DNA of 64,000 bases from Podarcis liolepis (Eukaryota): the NCBI GenBank assembly GCA_965112155.1, contig OZ218098.1; one strand, written 5' to 3'. The notes beneath the pieces are model-generated. The model worked only from the letters and a program-made list of their open reading frames with translations, ran no database searches and was not told the origin of the DNA. This document shows, piece by piece, positions 15,001 to 29,882 of the stretch. Each line of letters starts with the position of its first letter. The stretch's first letter is position 1. A program made the translations under genes and the position numbers.

Positions 15001-18000
15001 GTGGAAAGGAAGTGAGATAGGGTTGAAATTTGCTGCCTCATCCTTTGTTGGGTCAGAAAAGCACAATGTTCCCCACCTTTTTGTGTGGTATTCCTTTGTG
15101 CCCCCTCTGCTCCATCTTATCTGTGTTGGCACTTGTGTTCACCTTCTGGGGGTTCTTTATGACTACCGGATGGCAGATGGTTGTGTGTGCCTTTCTTTCT
15201 CTAGACCTGCAGGCCCTGTCTGTGCCCTACACTGTGACACCTTGTCTCTTTCTCTGTTTCCTAAGAACCTCCCATCTCCATTGTGGGAAACACAGGGGTT
15301 CCAGAGCACCACTCGCTGGTGTCCGGAGAGGCTCTGGTATTGGCTTGCAAGGTGTCTTCGCCTAGTGCTGCTGTGCGCTGGCTGCGGAATGGGGAGGAGC
15401 TGGTACCCAGCAAGCGTGTGCGCATTGAAGCCCATGGGAGACAACGCCAACTCACCATCCTTGGAGCCAAGCCGGGAGACTCAGGCTCCTATGTGTGTGA
15501 TGCAGGCACTGACCGAATGGAGTCCACAGTTAAAGTGGCAGGTGAGGTCTCGTCAGAAAAAGCGAGAAAACTGGCAAGCCATGACTGGGGTTGAAAGTCG
15601 GGGGTACAGAGAGGTGAGCAGCTCAGAAATGTTGCTTATCCCATTCCTTCTTCACTGGATGGAGAACTCAGGAGTTGGTGTCGTGCAATTGCTTGGACCA
15701 GAAGTAGTCAAAAAGCAAGCTAACAAATTGCTGCCCTTTCATGACACCCAAAATCTGCTGCTTCAGTTGCCTCACTCTGCCCAGTGGTTGGGCCAGCCTT
15801 GGCTGGTTTCATTGCTTTGTGGCAGGGGTTGCCAACCTCTTTGGATCCATGGGCATGTTGTAGGCACCATACACACCCACCCACAGCCAAGCACACACCA
15901 TAACCTATTCTACTGGCTACAAAGAATGCTTCTTTCAAGCCTAAATTCAACAGGAGGGGACCCTGTGAGCACCAGGGAAGGCCTCTGGGGGTGCATGCAT
16001 GCCCTTGGGTGCCACAATGGTGAACCCTGCTTCATGGATAGCATTTGGGGGGTTAGTACAGAGAGCTGGAGTTGTGCTCCCACCTTCAGGCTCCGAGGAA
16101 CTTCGTAATGGAACGCGGCAGGTGACAAGTGAAGGGTTCAGGCTGCTTCTCTATCTGCACTCTGCCAGTGAGGGGGTTAAATTTAACTTCGGCCGATTCT
16201 CAGGCGCCGCTACTTCTGCACCTTCTGCCAACAAATGCTGCCCTCCTTGAAAGCAAGGGAGGCCTTATTGACTGGAGGTTGTTTTTCTTTTCTTAAGTGT
16301 GAGGAGAGGGAGTTGGCAAGGGCTGCCCCCACCAGGACAGGTGCTTTGAGGAGAGGCAGGGAAGTAATCCCAGTGGCCTCTGCCAAGAAGGTAGGGTGCC
16401 AGCAGGCAGGAGCAGTGGCCTTTCCAGCATCTGGGACTGGGCACCGTGCCTTTTTGGGAGAAGAGGAAGCCAAAGAGCAAAAACAAGTGCTGGGGGCAGC
16501 AGGACACATTTCTAGAGTTGCTGTGGGTTTTGTCTTGAGGCAAACACTCAGCTCCATTCATTGTGGCACCCGCTGCCAGGGCAGTTCAGGACTTTGAACA
16601 TACAAATGCTCAGCAAAAGCAGTGAAATTTTGCTACCACATATAAACGAAGCAAGTTTGCTGACATGCACTTGCCCTACCTGATTTATTTTATTTCCTGA
16701 AATGGGTATGAGTAAGAAGGGGTGGGAGCAACAAGAGCAACCATGGAGTCTTGCTACTGACTATTGAGTCCTACGTAGTTTCCCTCTGGATTAAGTGTTC
16801 CCTGACATTGCCTATGTTAGGGTTGCCATGTTTCAAAAAACAAAATTCCTGACACCCACAAAGTTGTTGAGTCCTCAAAAATGTTGAGCTTTTTTGGGGA
16901 ACAAACCCAAATTATTGAGCTTTTAGGGGGAAACCTGCCCCCCAAATAGTGATCTTAAGCTTTTGGAGCTGTTTCCACTGCTTTTTCCATCACATTGCCA
17001 TACATCCAGGTTTTCCCTGACATTTTGCCCCTTTGGCAAAATTCCCCCGACGCCATTTTTACACCCGAAAACCAGGACATGTCAGGAATTTTCCTGACAT
17101 ATGGCAAGCCTAGCCTATGTACTCACAAGTCTGTTTTTGCTGTCACAAAAAGAATGAAGTAGAAATTTGGTTTATTACGTATATTTATAAAATGAAAGCT
17201 GATGATATTCTGTTTTTCACCAAACAGAAAATTATACAGAGTGGATGTCAAGAATTTTGACTCCTGGGGCAGAAAATCCAAATGGCACTTCCCAGCGATG
17301 CTATTGTATTTGATTATTATAATTCGAGAGGCTGGACCTCTTTTGTCTAGGATCTTTTCTGCAAACAAAATGTTAATACTTAATAGAAGGAAGCCACATA
17401 TGTTGTTGTCTAGAAATGCTGAATTTGTGCCAGGCAATCTTAATTATGTACTAAAGTGCTATCACAAAATAAATGATCCAGGAGAAAATATGTTAGTTGG
17501 GGTTTATGTAAAATACACCCCCTGTAGCTGTAGAGCTACAGCTTAAAAAAAGAAAAACAGCAACCCTTGACAATTTCTTGCCCTTTATTGGCATAAGTCC
17601 AAGACCACCTCCTTTCACCAGCCTGCCTGCTTTGCCGTGGGGTTGGCTGTGTTTTCACAGGACAGCAAAATGTCCCCTGCCTTGCTTAAGAGGGAGGTCT
17701 TCTATCTCTTGTTACCAGCACCCCCTGTGCACATTGTGAACAAGAACGATGCCCATGTGCCTTTGGAAGTCCAGGAAGGAGAGAACATGACCCTGGTTGC
17801 CCGTCTCTCCCAAGAGAAAGCTTCTGTCCGGTGGCTGAAAAACATGCGGCCCCTTTATCCCGGGCCACGCCTGGTGGTGAGCAGCGAGGGGGCAGTGCGC
17901 AGCCTCACCATCAAGCAAGCTGAGCCAGGTGACAGCGGCACCTATACCTGTGACACTGGGGACGATGAAGTGCATTTCACAACATATGTGCAAGGTAAGA

Positions 18001-21000
18001 TGGACCCACCAGTTCCCTTTCCAGGCCTGATGGGGCGACAGTAGCAAGGAGAAGCTTCCAGAACCAAGCCCCCCCTCCTCCTCCATCTTCCTTATGTTTC
18101 TGGAAGCCTGTGGCAGCCATTGTGGCTGTTCCATTGGCAGTGGGAGGAGGATTGGAAAAGTATGTGGTATCCCAAGGTGCTGTGGCAGGAGGAGCATGTG
18201 TTTGGTGCTAGGAGCTGCAGGGCGGTCCCACATGCAGCCTGTGAACTATCAACCTACAATATTCTCCTTGCAAAGGTATTTCCTCCCTGGTGGGGGTGTG
18301 GGGCAAGGGGGAAACTCATGGACCAAACATCAAGGTCTGATGGAAGTCTCCTGTGTTCCCCAGTAACAAGGGAGAGTTGAAGTGACACTCATAGAACAAC
18401 TAAAGAGAAAAGCCAGAAGTGGAGTTAGCTGCACCAATGAACAAGGTGTAGGGTGGAGATTTGAAGGAACCACTTGGCTCAGCTGGGCAGATATTGGAGA
18501 CCATTTTGACCACCTTCTACCCTCTCTAATCTTCTTCTTCCGCTAGAGGCCCCCGTGCTGTTTGTTCCCAAGCCAGAGCATCCAGAGAAGGTGCTGGTAC
18601 TGGAGGGTGGCAGTGCAGTGCTCTCTGCCATCGTCTCCAAGGAGCCAGCTATGGTGAGGTGGGAAGGACCTCGAGGGGCCTTGGTGGCGGGTGACCAGTG
18701 CCAGCTGCGCAGAGAGGGCCGGGTCCACAGCCTTCTGCTGAGCAACGTGGGCAAAGCAGATGCTGGAGAGTACATATGCCACTCCCATCATGACCAACTG
18801 CGCTTTGAGCTGAGTGTCAAAGGTGAGAGGTCTGTGTTGGGGAACATGGGAGGCAATCCCATATGAGACTGGCAATACTTCGGGGCTCTGTGGGATGGGC
18901 TGAACAAAAGGAAGCAAGTCCCATTAGGATGGCTTGTGAGACTCAAAATGGAGTGAGGATGTTTTGTTAATTTAAGGCTTATCCCACGTAGTGGCCTCCA
19001 GATGCTTTGGACTACAACTCCCATCAGCCTCAGCTGGACGCCACTACACAGGGAAGCCTGCATCAAATGATTTTGTTAAAGGGAGAATTATGGCAGGTGT
19101 GCCAGCTTCTACCATACTGGGATAAGCCACATGGGTTGAAATTCTCCCTTCTACACAATGGTCAAAGGAGCCTAGTTCACCAAAGTCTCTGTATTTCCCA
19201 GTGAACCTGTGTCTATTCCCAGTGAGCCTTGCACCTTTACTGGCTAGTCCAGCGTTCACCAGCCTGATGTTCTCCAGATGTTTTGGACTACAATTCCCAT
19301 GCTGTTCGGGGTTGGTGGGAAATGTAGTCTGAAACATCTGGATGATATCAAGTTGGAGAAGGCTGGCCTGGAGCAATTGCTAATTTAGTCTTATTCCAAA
19401 CCTGACGGCTTTCTTTACAAGGGGATGTGGCAAGCACAAAACCGTGAGCCTCTCCCTGCAGCATGATAGCCTAAAAAGCTCACTTTTATATAGCTATGCT
19501 GTGTTGTTCAGGTAGTGAAGGACAGAGGCAGTCAGCAGGAGAGAACTGCAAGTGGAGTTGAAGCTTTGCTTAGTGTTATCTGTTTGGTACCTCTTGATAT
19601 AGAAGAGACAGACCTCCGGCCAGTTTCAGAAATAGCCTGTATTTTTTCCTCCACACACTGGGAACAATCAGTGGCTATTAGAAGTGATAGTTAAATAGAT
19701 TGTCTCTATTCATAGAGGCAATATTGACTTAATTCCCAGGTGCTTGGGGAAAACAGTGAGATGATCCCCATTGCGATGCTCTTGTATAATTCCAGAGGCA
19801 TCTGTGTGGCCGCTGTAGAAAACATAATATGGGGTGAGAAGGGCTCTGCTCTGATCCAACAAGGCAGTTCATGCTTTATGACAAAAAGTAGCAACCAAAG
19901 CTCTAGCACACAGGCCTCTTCTGCATGCTTATGTCTCTTCTTTGGATCCCCACTTTGATCCCCCTAATCTGGGTTTGCACTTTAGCGATTGTGGAGTTGA
20001 CTTTGCTTTGAAGGGGCCCGAGCCCAGGGGTGGAGCGTGGGATTTGCATGTCCAGCATTCTTTGACTCAGTCCTTGGCATCTCCAGTTAAAGGGATTCTA
20101 GGGTGGAGGGCTAGGAAAGCTAGTGCAGGAGACTTTGGTTTGTTAAGCAGAGGAAACAATGCTGGCCTGACTCAGTACAGTAAACCCACAACTTATACAG
20201 GGGTTACTTTCTGGAGATGGCGCTTAAAGCTAAAATCGTGTATAGTCAAAACACTTTGGGTTCAGTGGCTGGTGGGTACTGTATACTATAAGGCAACTTC
20301 ATTTATACAGGATTTTTATTTTTTCTCCAACCCCTGCCACCATTTTTATGAAAGCAGCTTGTACTTTCTACATAAAATACTAAAATCACTTATCTGCCAT
20401 ATTATATTTACACAAGATTTTCTGTTCCTTGGTTCAGCAACTGGCATTTTTGGCTTGGTGTAGAGCTTGGAACAGTCCAGCCCTTTTGTAGCCAAGATTG
20501 GAAAGCAGGGACTCCAGTTCCCTGTGCTCAAATTCTGTGACTGGCATAAATAATGCATGTTTGCATGTGTTCACATAAGTTCCTTATTTATTCAGCAATT
20601 TGGAAGAGTTAAGAGTGAGTGAAGAGTGCTACTTCAGAAGCCTTTCCTTCTGAACTTAGTGAAAGCTGTTCCTCAATCTTTTGGGTTTCTTCAGAAAATT
20701 ATGTCCTCAAATATTTATTTGTTTTCATGAAGGTTGGAAATTTAGAAAGAATTGTGGGTCTTGGGCTTCTGCAAAAGATTTGAGTTGCTGCATGATCAGG
20801 ATTTTCTGCAGGTTTCCAGACAACCACCACCACTCACAGTATGTAAGACAGCAAGTGTTCTGCCTTTTGCCTTCTCAACTCAGTGGTACTATTCCTTGCC
20901 CTCCTCAGAGCTGCCAGTGAAGTTTGTTCGGGGTCTCTCAGATGTGCTGGCACTGCAGGGGGAGACGGTGTTGTTCTGGTGTGAGCTGTGCAAAACCAAA

Positions 21001-24000
21001 GGGGATGTTCTCTGGCTGAAGGATGGGCAGGAGCTGGAAGCCAATGAACACCAGGAGATCCGAGCAGAGGGACGGGAACGTTCCTTGACCCTGAGACACG
21101 TAGGGCCTGAGGATGCTGGTGAATACTCATGTGAAAGCAAGGATGACCGCACCCTCGCCATCCTCACAGTGCAGAGTGAGTCCTTTGGGGAAAGGGCCTG
21201 AGCTCAGTGGTTTTGCATTCAATGTTTTGCATGCCAAATGTCCCACATTCCATCCCCAGCACCTCCAGATAGGACTGCGATGGGGAAAGACGCCTTTCAG
21301 ATTTCTGGAGAGCTGCTGCCAGTCCGTGTAGACAGTTCTGAATGGGATGTACCAATGGTCTGACTCCATATAAGGCAGCTACCTATATTATTTCCCATGG
21401 AACAACTTGATCTGGTTCCAATAACCTGTGTCCATAATCCTACATACATTTTTATTGTGGGCCACTGAGATGCTATGAGGGCTGGGTGCTGGGATACCCC
21501 CACTGGACTGACAAGATACTGTGTATCAATAGGCTTCAGGGGTAGCCAGGGGCTCCCCAATACAGGCCTAGCCACCCCTGACTCTAAGCACTTTCTTCCC
21601 CAGTCCCTAGATCAGTGGAAATCATTTCCGAGCTCCACAACTTAACTGTGCTGGAGGGGGATGATGCCACCTTCAAGGCTGTGGTGTCTCCAGATGACGT
21701 GGCTCTCAAGTGGCAGCACCATGGCCAAGATATAGTGCCCAGTGAGCGGTTCGCCACCACCAGGGTTGGGCTGTGCCACACCCTCACCATACAGCAGTGT
21801 CGGCTGAGTGATACTGGCATAGTCAGTGTCCACGCAGAAGGTCTGGTGAGTTCAGCCAGGCTCAGTGTGCAAGGTAAGAAGAAAGGCGATGCTAGCGTGT
21901 GGTTTTGGGATGGATCAAAGGAGCATCTAAGTAGCCGGGCTGTGGCACATATTGGTAGTAAGCTGGAGTAGGGACACCTGTATTTACCCTATGTATCATG
22001 TGCCCCACCCTGCTTCTGAATTGTGCATTAAGGAAATGCAAATTCTGCTGTCTGAATAAAGTAAACAAATTAAGAACGATTGCCTGTCTTTGCTTATTTG
22101 GCATGATATAGTTTGCTTCTTTAGCCCTGCAGGGCTGGCAATAGAAGCTTTATTGGAAGTTCTGCTAAACCTCACCCTCACCCCTTGTCTTATGAGATTT
22201 TGCCTGCTGCTGCACAATTGATTTTTTTTTTAATCCCCTGTAGCTCTACAGGTCCTTGCACTTTCAAGAAGCGAAAGCTGAGATTCTCAGGGTGCTGGAT
22301 TCTGTAGCCAGTACCAAATTCTGTTCCAACCAGCATGCCAAACGCACCTGAACCTTGAATGGTTATAATTTGGCGCTTACAGATTCATGGTTCTCTCCTG
22401 CTAGAGAGGCAGGGGGCATGGCCTGGTAACATGCCGGGATAGGATATGAAACTGTAGTTGACCAATCTTTGACTTCTTCCTGCAGAGGCTCAGGTGATAT
22501 TTGTGCAGACCCTGCGTGACTTGATGGCTGAGGAAGGGCAAGACGTCTGCTTGGAAGTGGAGCTGAGCTTGGAGAGTGCAGAAGTGCAATGGATGAAGCA
22601 AGGCATCCTTCTGCAGCAGAACACCAAATACTCCATGGAGGCATGTGGGTCTCAGCGGACCCTTACCATACACAACATTGAGCTTGCAGATCGAGGCACC
22701 TACCGCTGTGAGAGCCTGCATGACCGCACCCAAGCCAGGCTGAGTGTGGAACGTAGGTGCCAACCTCTGGCTTCTTCCCCATCCTTTTTTGTCTCTCTGA
22801 TCTTGGCTGTAGGTTATCTGTGGCTGCCACAATTTTAACTGGTGTAGCCAGATAGAATCATAATTCACTGCTGCTGAAGGAGTTACATTGGTTGCCTATT
22901 CGTTTCTGAGCCCAATACAAGGAGCTTACCTTTAATGTCCTAAATGGCTTCGGACCCAAATATCTGAAGGAGCATCCGTCCCCTACCAACCTGCCATACC
23001 TTAAGATCTTCAGAGAAGGCTCCTCTGCATGTACCTCTGTTGGAGGAGGTTTGTTTTGTGTCACAGACACAAAACTCTACATACCTGAAAACAGGCATTT
23101 TCAGCTCTTGCCCCTGTTCTGTGAAATATCCTTACCTTTGCCATATGTGAAGCAGCAACCATCAGTTGCTTAGGATGACTTGTAAGGACTTGCCTTTTGG
23201 CCCAGGCAAACTCTTAAGATTGGAGCCCACCTTGTGTATGAATCTCCTGAATCTGTTTTATATGTTTTTTAATAAAATACCGTTTTGTTTATTTTAGGCT
23301 GTAGTTGTTTTAATGGATTTTTGTCATATTGTATGTAGTGTGCACCATATTTTTTTTTAATTAAGCAGTTTAGAAATGCATTTGAATTAATGCAATAAAT
23401 CAATAACATTCCTAGCCAGCTGACATTATTCTTGGGGAGCAGGCTGCTTTCTTGGCAAAACCAAAATGGAACTTGCACTAATCTTTTAACCTTCTTTCCC
23501 CACTACTTCAGCCCGGAGGGTGACGGTGAGGAAGCCTCTGTTGGATGTGGAGACTTTTGAAAAGGAGACTGTGACGTTTGAACTGGAGCTGTCCCACGCC
23601 AATGTGGCCGGGGTCTGGACACGCGATGGCATCCGTGTGAAGCCAGGCTCCACCTGCCGAGTGAGCGCCACGGGCTTTGTGCACAGCCTGACACTGCTGG
23701 GGCTCACGCTGGACGACTCAGGGACCGTGGCCTTCACCGCTGACACCGTGCGAAGTAGTGCCCGCCTTACTGTCCAAGGTACTGGGGCAAGGCAGTCCAT
23801 GCGCAAAGGGCAGAATTGTCTTGTGCTAGATGAGCCCCACCTAATAGATTCAGCAGGGATGGGCAGTCAAGGGGAAGCAGTGGGAAGGAGATGTGAATGG
23901 GGATAGTGCCTGGAATGGCCCTGAGGTGAGGAAAGCCCTGTGCATGCCCCTTCCTTCCTTCCTTCCTTCCTTCCTTCCTTCCTTCCTTCCTTCCTTCCCA

Positions 24001-27000
24001 TGTGCAGCTGTCTGGGTTTGGAACTGCAGTAATGATGCTTCCTGCTGCCCAGTTGGGCCCCTGGGTCTGGGCTCTTCAGTACCTGAGCAAAGCAGAAACA
24101 AAATGCATCCAATGCCACTATCCTCAGCACCAACACAGAAGTGCCAGCTCACATAGAATGCTCTCTTCTGCAAGCAGCAAATGCAGTCTTTGGGCTGCAG
24201 CTCCCCCCACCCCCGGGGCACATCCACTGTGTTTTAGGAGATGCGCATCTCTCCCCTTCACATGCATTGACCACAACAAGCACTAGTTCAGGGATGGGGC
24301 ATCATTTCCATTCAGCCATGTGCATTCTGTGCTGTGTAGCCTTCTTGGGGTGGTGGTCACATGCCAGTGGTGGGTGGAGCCAGGGGAAAGATGGGCAGAG
24401 CAGTTAATGCTAATTGTGCCTCTGCATAATGGGCCAGTTTCTGTACATACTCACGCACCCCTTTCTATCCTCCATCCAGGCAAGCAAAAGGTATTATCAG
24501 AGTTCTCAAGGGCACATTCCAGCCAAGCAAGAACATTCAAGGAAGGTGCCAAGCAGGGCCTGCGAGAGATGTGGCGGGGCTGGGTGGGTGGCCGGAAGAG
24601 AGTCTCAAGGGCCTGAGATTCCCCATCCCTGCACTAGTCCTACAAGACACTCAGCCTGTCACTGCTTTGAGCTGCTTTACACTCAATACAGCACTTGCAG
24701 TTACACTAAACTTCTCAGTTGATACTTACGGAATTTGCTGGCACAATATGTGGTATCACTACTAGCTTAGATAGCATTAAAATGGCAAGCTCACCTGGGG
24801 TGAGGCTATCAGTGGCTTCTAGTCTTGATGGCTGTGTACTGCCTCCAGTATCGGAGGCACCTTGCCTCTGAATATCAGTTGCTGGGAATGGCAGCAGGAG
24901 AGGATGGTTGCCCTCATGTCCTGCTTGTGGGCTTCCCAGAGGCATCTGGCTGGTCAGTGTGGGAGGTGGGGTGCTGGCAAGATAAGCCTTTGCCATCTGA
25001 TCCAGCAGGTCTCTTCTTATATGTTCCTATGGAGCAATGTCCAAAGCTCCTTATTTCTGCAGGGCTGTGTCAAGTGCGAAGCACCTAACCGTGGGGTCAG
25101 GTTGGGAGTGGTGAAGGCAAGAGGTAAGGAAGCTGGGCGAGTGTGTGCCTTCCACACTGAACTTGGGTAAGGGCTGCAGGGAGTGCCCTGCCTTGACTAA
25201 GCAGAGCGTTATGCTGTCTTGTTGATCTTTTCGGTCTCCAAGTCGATGCATCTTTGTGCCACCTGCACCCGCCTTTGTCTCTGTCCCTGCAGAGCCGCCA
25301 GTTACTATGCTGCGCTTTCCCCAGGATATGGGCATCCCTGAGACAGGCTCAGCCACCTTTGAGTGTGAGCTGTCCCGGCCCCTGGCTGAGGTGAAATGGT
25401 ACAAGGTGAGGGTGCTATCTCTAGCATTGCCCCCTCCTTTAACTCTCCTGGAGCTCCCCGGAGCTCCCAAGAGCAGTGGTTTTCCTTCCAAAGAGCGTGG
25501 CTTGTGGCAGGGTGAGCCAGTGCTTCTGCGATGCCCGCTTCCACATCTCCCCACTGTGCCCTTAGCGAACCCGAGAGCAGCACCCAATCCCCTGCTCTCT
25601 GGCATTCTCCTTCTCGCTGCCTTGCTCAGCCCTTAACCAGCCTCTCTTTTCTGTGTCCCTGGCTGCCCTAGGATGGGGAAGAGATCCAGACAGGGCAAAA
25701 CTGCCGCATGTATTCAGTGGGACGCCGGCGCCTCCTACAGCTCAGCCACTGCGGCCTTGAAGACGCGGGCGAGTACACATGCGATGCTGGTGACTGCCGT
25801 GCCTCTGCCAAACTGAGGGTCTTTGGTATGAATGGCCTGGGCTGCATATGGGATCAGAGGTCGAGAAAGAGGGTTGGGCTATACAAAGCGCCCTTTAACT
25901 CCACATTCTCTGGGTGGGGGGTTGTCTGCTGTTCCCTTTTACCATATGCTGTAGACTCACCCCCCTGCAGCATCTTCCTGGCACTGCCTCTCTTGTGCCT
26001 TGGAGGTAGACTTGGGATCGGCTACACCGTGGTGACTCAGAGTCTTGTTCTTGAAGCTTGTACAGCATGTACAGGAAGCCGTGCTTAAGGATAAACATTC
26101 AGTGCTGGGTTTGAAAGGAAATCTTTCTAACTTATAATAGCATTTCAGCAATGGAAGAGCATGCCCAGGAGAGGAACCTTACTTCCTTAAAAACCTTCAA
26201 GAAAACATTTGACAGCCTCGTGTCAAGGTTGCTTTAAAAGCATAGATATCCCTTTTTAGGACTGGGGACTGGGCTGGAAGAGGAATGACTCGTTGGGTGA
26301 TGATGTCTCCCAGCTCTGTGGTAGAAAGCAAGCTGTGCAGGAAAGTCTGGAGGGGATTAGTGGGGAGGATGGGACTCTAGCTTCTCAAGTTTTAATCTGA
26401 GCAGGGCTCAGCTTTGAAAGCTGATTTAATGCCAGGATATCTCTTGACATTCAAGACGCCATAATAATGCTAGAGATGTCTCTGGGCAAGCACAGAGTGC
26501 TGTCCTTCGTCCCTGAGAAAGGACAGCCAGCTTTCTCATGCACAACTGGAATGAGTAAGTCAGACACCCCACCCCACTCTAATTCAGACAGTACAGTGGT
26601 ACCTCAGGTTAAGTACTTCATTCGTTCCGGAGGTCCGTACTTAACCCGAAACTGTTCTTAACCTGAAGCACCACTTTAGCTAATGGGGCCTCCTGCTGCT
26701 GCCCCACTGCCGGAGCCTGATTTCTATTCTCATCCTGAAGCAAAGTTCTTAACCTGAAGCGTATGTAACCTGAAGTGTATGTAACCTGAGGTACCACTGT
26801 ATAATTTCCAGGCATACCTGACCCTTGACTGACCAGTTAAGTATTGCTGCTCCTGCCAGAAAAAGTAACGACTGGGGTTACATAGACTTAAATTGATTTT
26901 AAGAAACCATTTTCTCAAAGAACCCCAGGTACTGTAGTTCTATGATGGGAAAGGTGAATTTCAATCCACCTCACAAAACTACAGATCCCAGGATTCTTTG

Positions 27001-29846
27001 GAGGAAATAATGAACATTATGAACATTAAACTGATGTAAAACCAGTTTGTCTGGAGTGTAAATATCCCTCAGGAGACTAGGAAACCCTAGTAGTATCTTA
27101 AGCTCTTTAGGCACTTGTAAGCTCTTTGATCCAAGTAGAGGAAGACAGAGGAAATGAATACTAATGGTGAATTCTTTAAGTCAGAACATGAGGAACATCT
27201 GGCCCACATGCCAAATTAGGCCTGTCGGGGTCCTAATTGGGCTTGTGAGGCTGTTTTCCCCCAGCCATGGCTAGCTGCCTCACACTAGATATTAGATGAC
27301 GGCAGGTAAAGATGCAGCTGCAAAAGAACAACCAGGAGCCTTAAAGCACATTTCTAATTATTCCTCTACAAGTGGGGCTTGCATATGGAACTTTTTAAAA
27401 TTTGGTTCCACATGCAAGCCCTTACGGGATTTGTGCCACTTGGGAGTTTCCAAATCGGATTGGCTCCGTTGTTGCCAGGCAGGTCTCGCTGGGGAGTGCA
27501 TTCCATAGTCAGGGAGCCACCACTGGAAAGACCCTTTCTCCTGCAGCCTTTCTCTGTGCTTTGACTGGAGGGGGCACTAAGAGGAGGGCCTCCAATGATG
27601 ACCTAAGGGTCTGGGCAGGTATATCCAAGGGGAGGTGTTCAGGAGGGCAAAATTCAGGAGGGCAAAATCCCTGATCAGAGGCTGCTGTTGAAGGCATTTG
27701 AGGGAAGCAAGATGCTGGACTAGGGAGGCACTTTGTCTAATCCAGCTCTTTTTTATAGTCTGAGAGAATGTACGTATTTACTGATTCTCATAAAATCAGC
27801 CAATTCATGGAAAAGGAAGTTTGCTTGGATGAGATCAGTCTTTCTGGGCCAGTAATAACCAGAAGGAGTCCCACGGTCAGGGGTGGAAACAGGTCAGATG
27901 CAGTGTTCTCTGTGGACCCCGTAAGCCCATATGACACCCAGTAGGAGGCGCTCCTCAGCCCCAACTTCATGGCTTTCTCCCCCTCTGTAGAACGCCAGGT
28001 TCAGATTGTGCGGGAGCTGGAGGATGTGCGTGTGCGAGAGAACGAGAATGCTGTCTTCATGTGTGAGGTGTCACTCGAGGAGGTGAAAGGCGAATGGTTC
28101 CGGGATGGGGAGAGAATCAAAGTCAGCAGCATTGTGAAAATACGGCAGGAAGGTAAGTGAACCCCTTCCGTCTTGTGGTGGTGCTGGGATGTGATCCCCT
28201 CTAACTTTGGGTCAAGGCAAGCAAGAATTGCAGCTGCTCATGGACAACTGATGACAAGTCAAATTGTGAGACAATGGCTGCATTCAGACTTCATGATAAA
28301 CCATAGTTTATTGTGATGGGGACAAGCCACTCTCTCCATTCCCTCCTCCTCAAGCGCAGCCTCAAGGAAGAGATTGAAAGTTTTTCCTTCCCATTTCAAT
28401 TAACTAGTTTAGCATTGCATCCCAACCCTAAACTGGCTAATTTTAACTATGGATTGCTTGAAACAGACTAGCTTCAGAACCCATAGTTTGAAATGGGCTT
28501 GTTTCAAAAACAAACCATAGTTAAAATTAATCATAATTTGTCACACTGGAGGAGGAGAGCTGTGGGGTGGGCTCATTCCCATCACAATATACCTGTGGTT
28601 TGTTATGGCATCTGAGTCACCCTGGAAGGTGAGGATAGAAGCAAGCCTGATGACTGATCCCACGTTCAGCTTTCTAGGAGAAGTACAGCTGTAATGCAAG
28701 TTGCAAGGGTAGATTCACACCATGGTTAAAGCACTCATGGTTGCTGCTGTGAAAAGTGACATCTGTATTCATCCTAAGTATAGGCCTCTCCTGCAGTGCC
28801 TGGCCAGAACACCGAAATGTGGTCCTTGGTCTTCGTGTGGAAGTCATGCTAGCCCAAATCCAGCACCAGGGACATAGTGTCCCATCCTATTGTAATGCCT
28901 GAAGATGTGGCAGCCTTGCTAATAATAAAATAGCTTTGCTACAGAAGAATATCCTCTTCAGAAGAGAGGTGTGCTCCAGCACAGGAGAAAGGAGATGTGA
29001 GAGGAATCTGTGGAAAAGCTGCAGCTCTGTGGCAGAACAGACAGTTTGCATGCAAAAAGTCTCAGGTTCAATTTCAGGTACCTCCAGGTGGGGCCAGGAG
29101 AGAACCCTGCCTGAAGCCTTGGAGAGCTGCTGCCAGTCAGCGTAGCAACACTGAACCAGATGCAGCAATAATGCAACTTTCTGTGTTCCTTCTGATAAAT
29201 TTGTAGATGTGCATTTGCCACTAATGTAGAGTGCATTTCTGTTCCATTGATTTTAATGACAGATTTAAGCACATGGATAACTCTGTCTTTGGAATAAATG
29301 GGGCATGTAGCTGGATTTGCACAGTTTGTACAGAAATGCTGTTGGAGCAATTGGTGCCCTGCTTTCAAAAGAACGCAGGATGCCTGGGGTGGGGGAGCCC
29401 GAGACACTTGTCATGGGCATTATCCAATCACCTGTATTTGTCATTGCAACAGATCACTGGTGGGGAACCTCTAGCCCATGGGCCTAATTATGCCTACCAC
29501 GTTTAGAGGTTGGCCCACAAGGCCATTTTGGGAAACCACACCTACCTTTCCCTGACCTGATGTCATGAAGACAGGAGTGGGAAACTTCAAGCTGTGGCTA
29601 AAAGGAAGAACTGGGAGAGCACTCAAAGCACGTTCTTCATTTGTCCTTTGGAGCCAAAAGTCAGCACTTTTCGAATTTGGTGCCTTTTTCTCTGTTACCC
29701 TGAACGTTCTTTCTTTGCACCCACAGCTAGATTTCAAAAATCTTCCTTTGAATGTGGTTTGAAATCAAACCACATCAGCAAAGGAGGAGAGGAAGAACCA
29801 GGAATACTCTCACTTATTTCATTTAAAGCTTTATCACCCAATGTAG

Positions 29847-29882
<36 letters not shown>

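Noticed and set aside
15023-16108. 361-aa + strand ORF
   Set aside because: It overlaps the real OBSL1 exon in another frame and runs on into intron. It has no ATG start and no recognisable domain, so it is probably a chance ORF.
21190-21270. tRNA-like sequences here and at about 4710, 6340, 29020 and 61890
   Set aside because: Degenerate SINE heads followed by SINE bodies; no intact cloverleaf.
26640-26790. Short repeated taacctgaag units resembling a repeat-spacer array
   Set aside because: Subterminal repeats of a mariner-type MITE in a vertebrate intron; not CRISPR.
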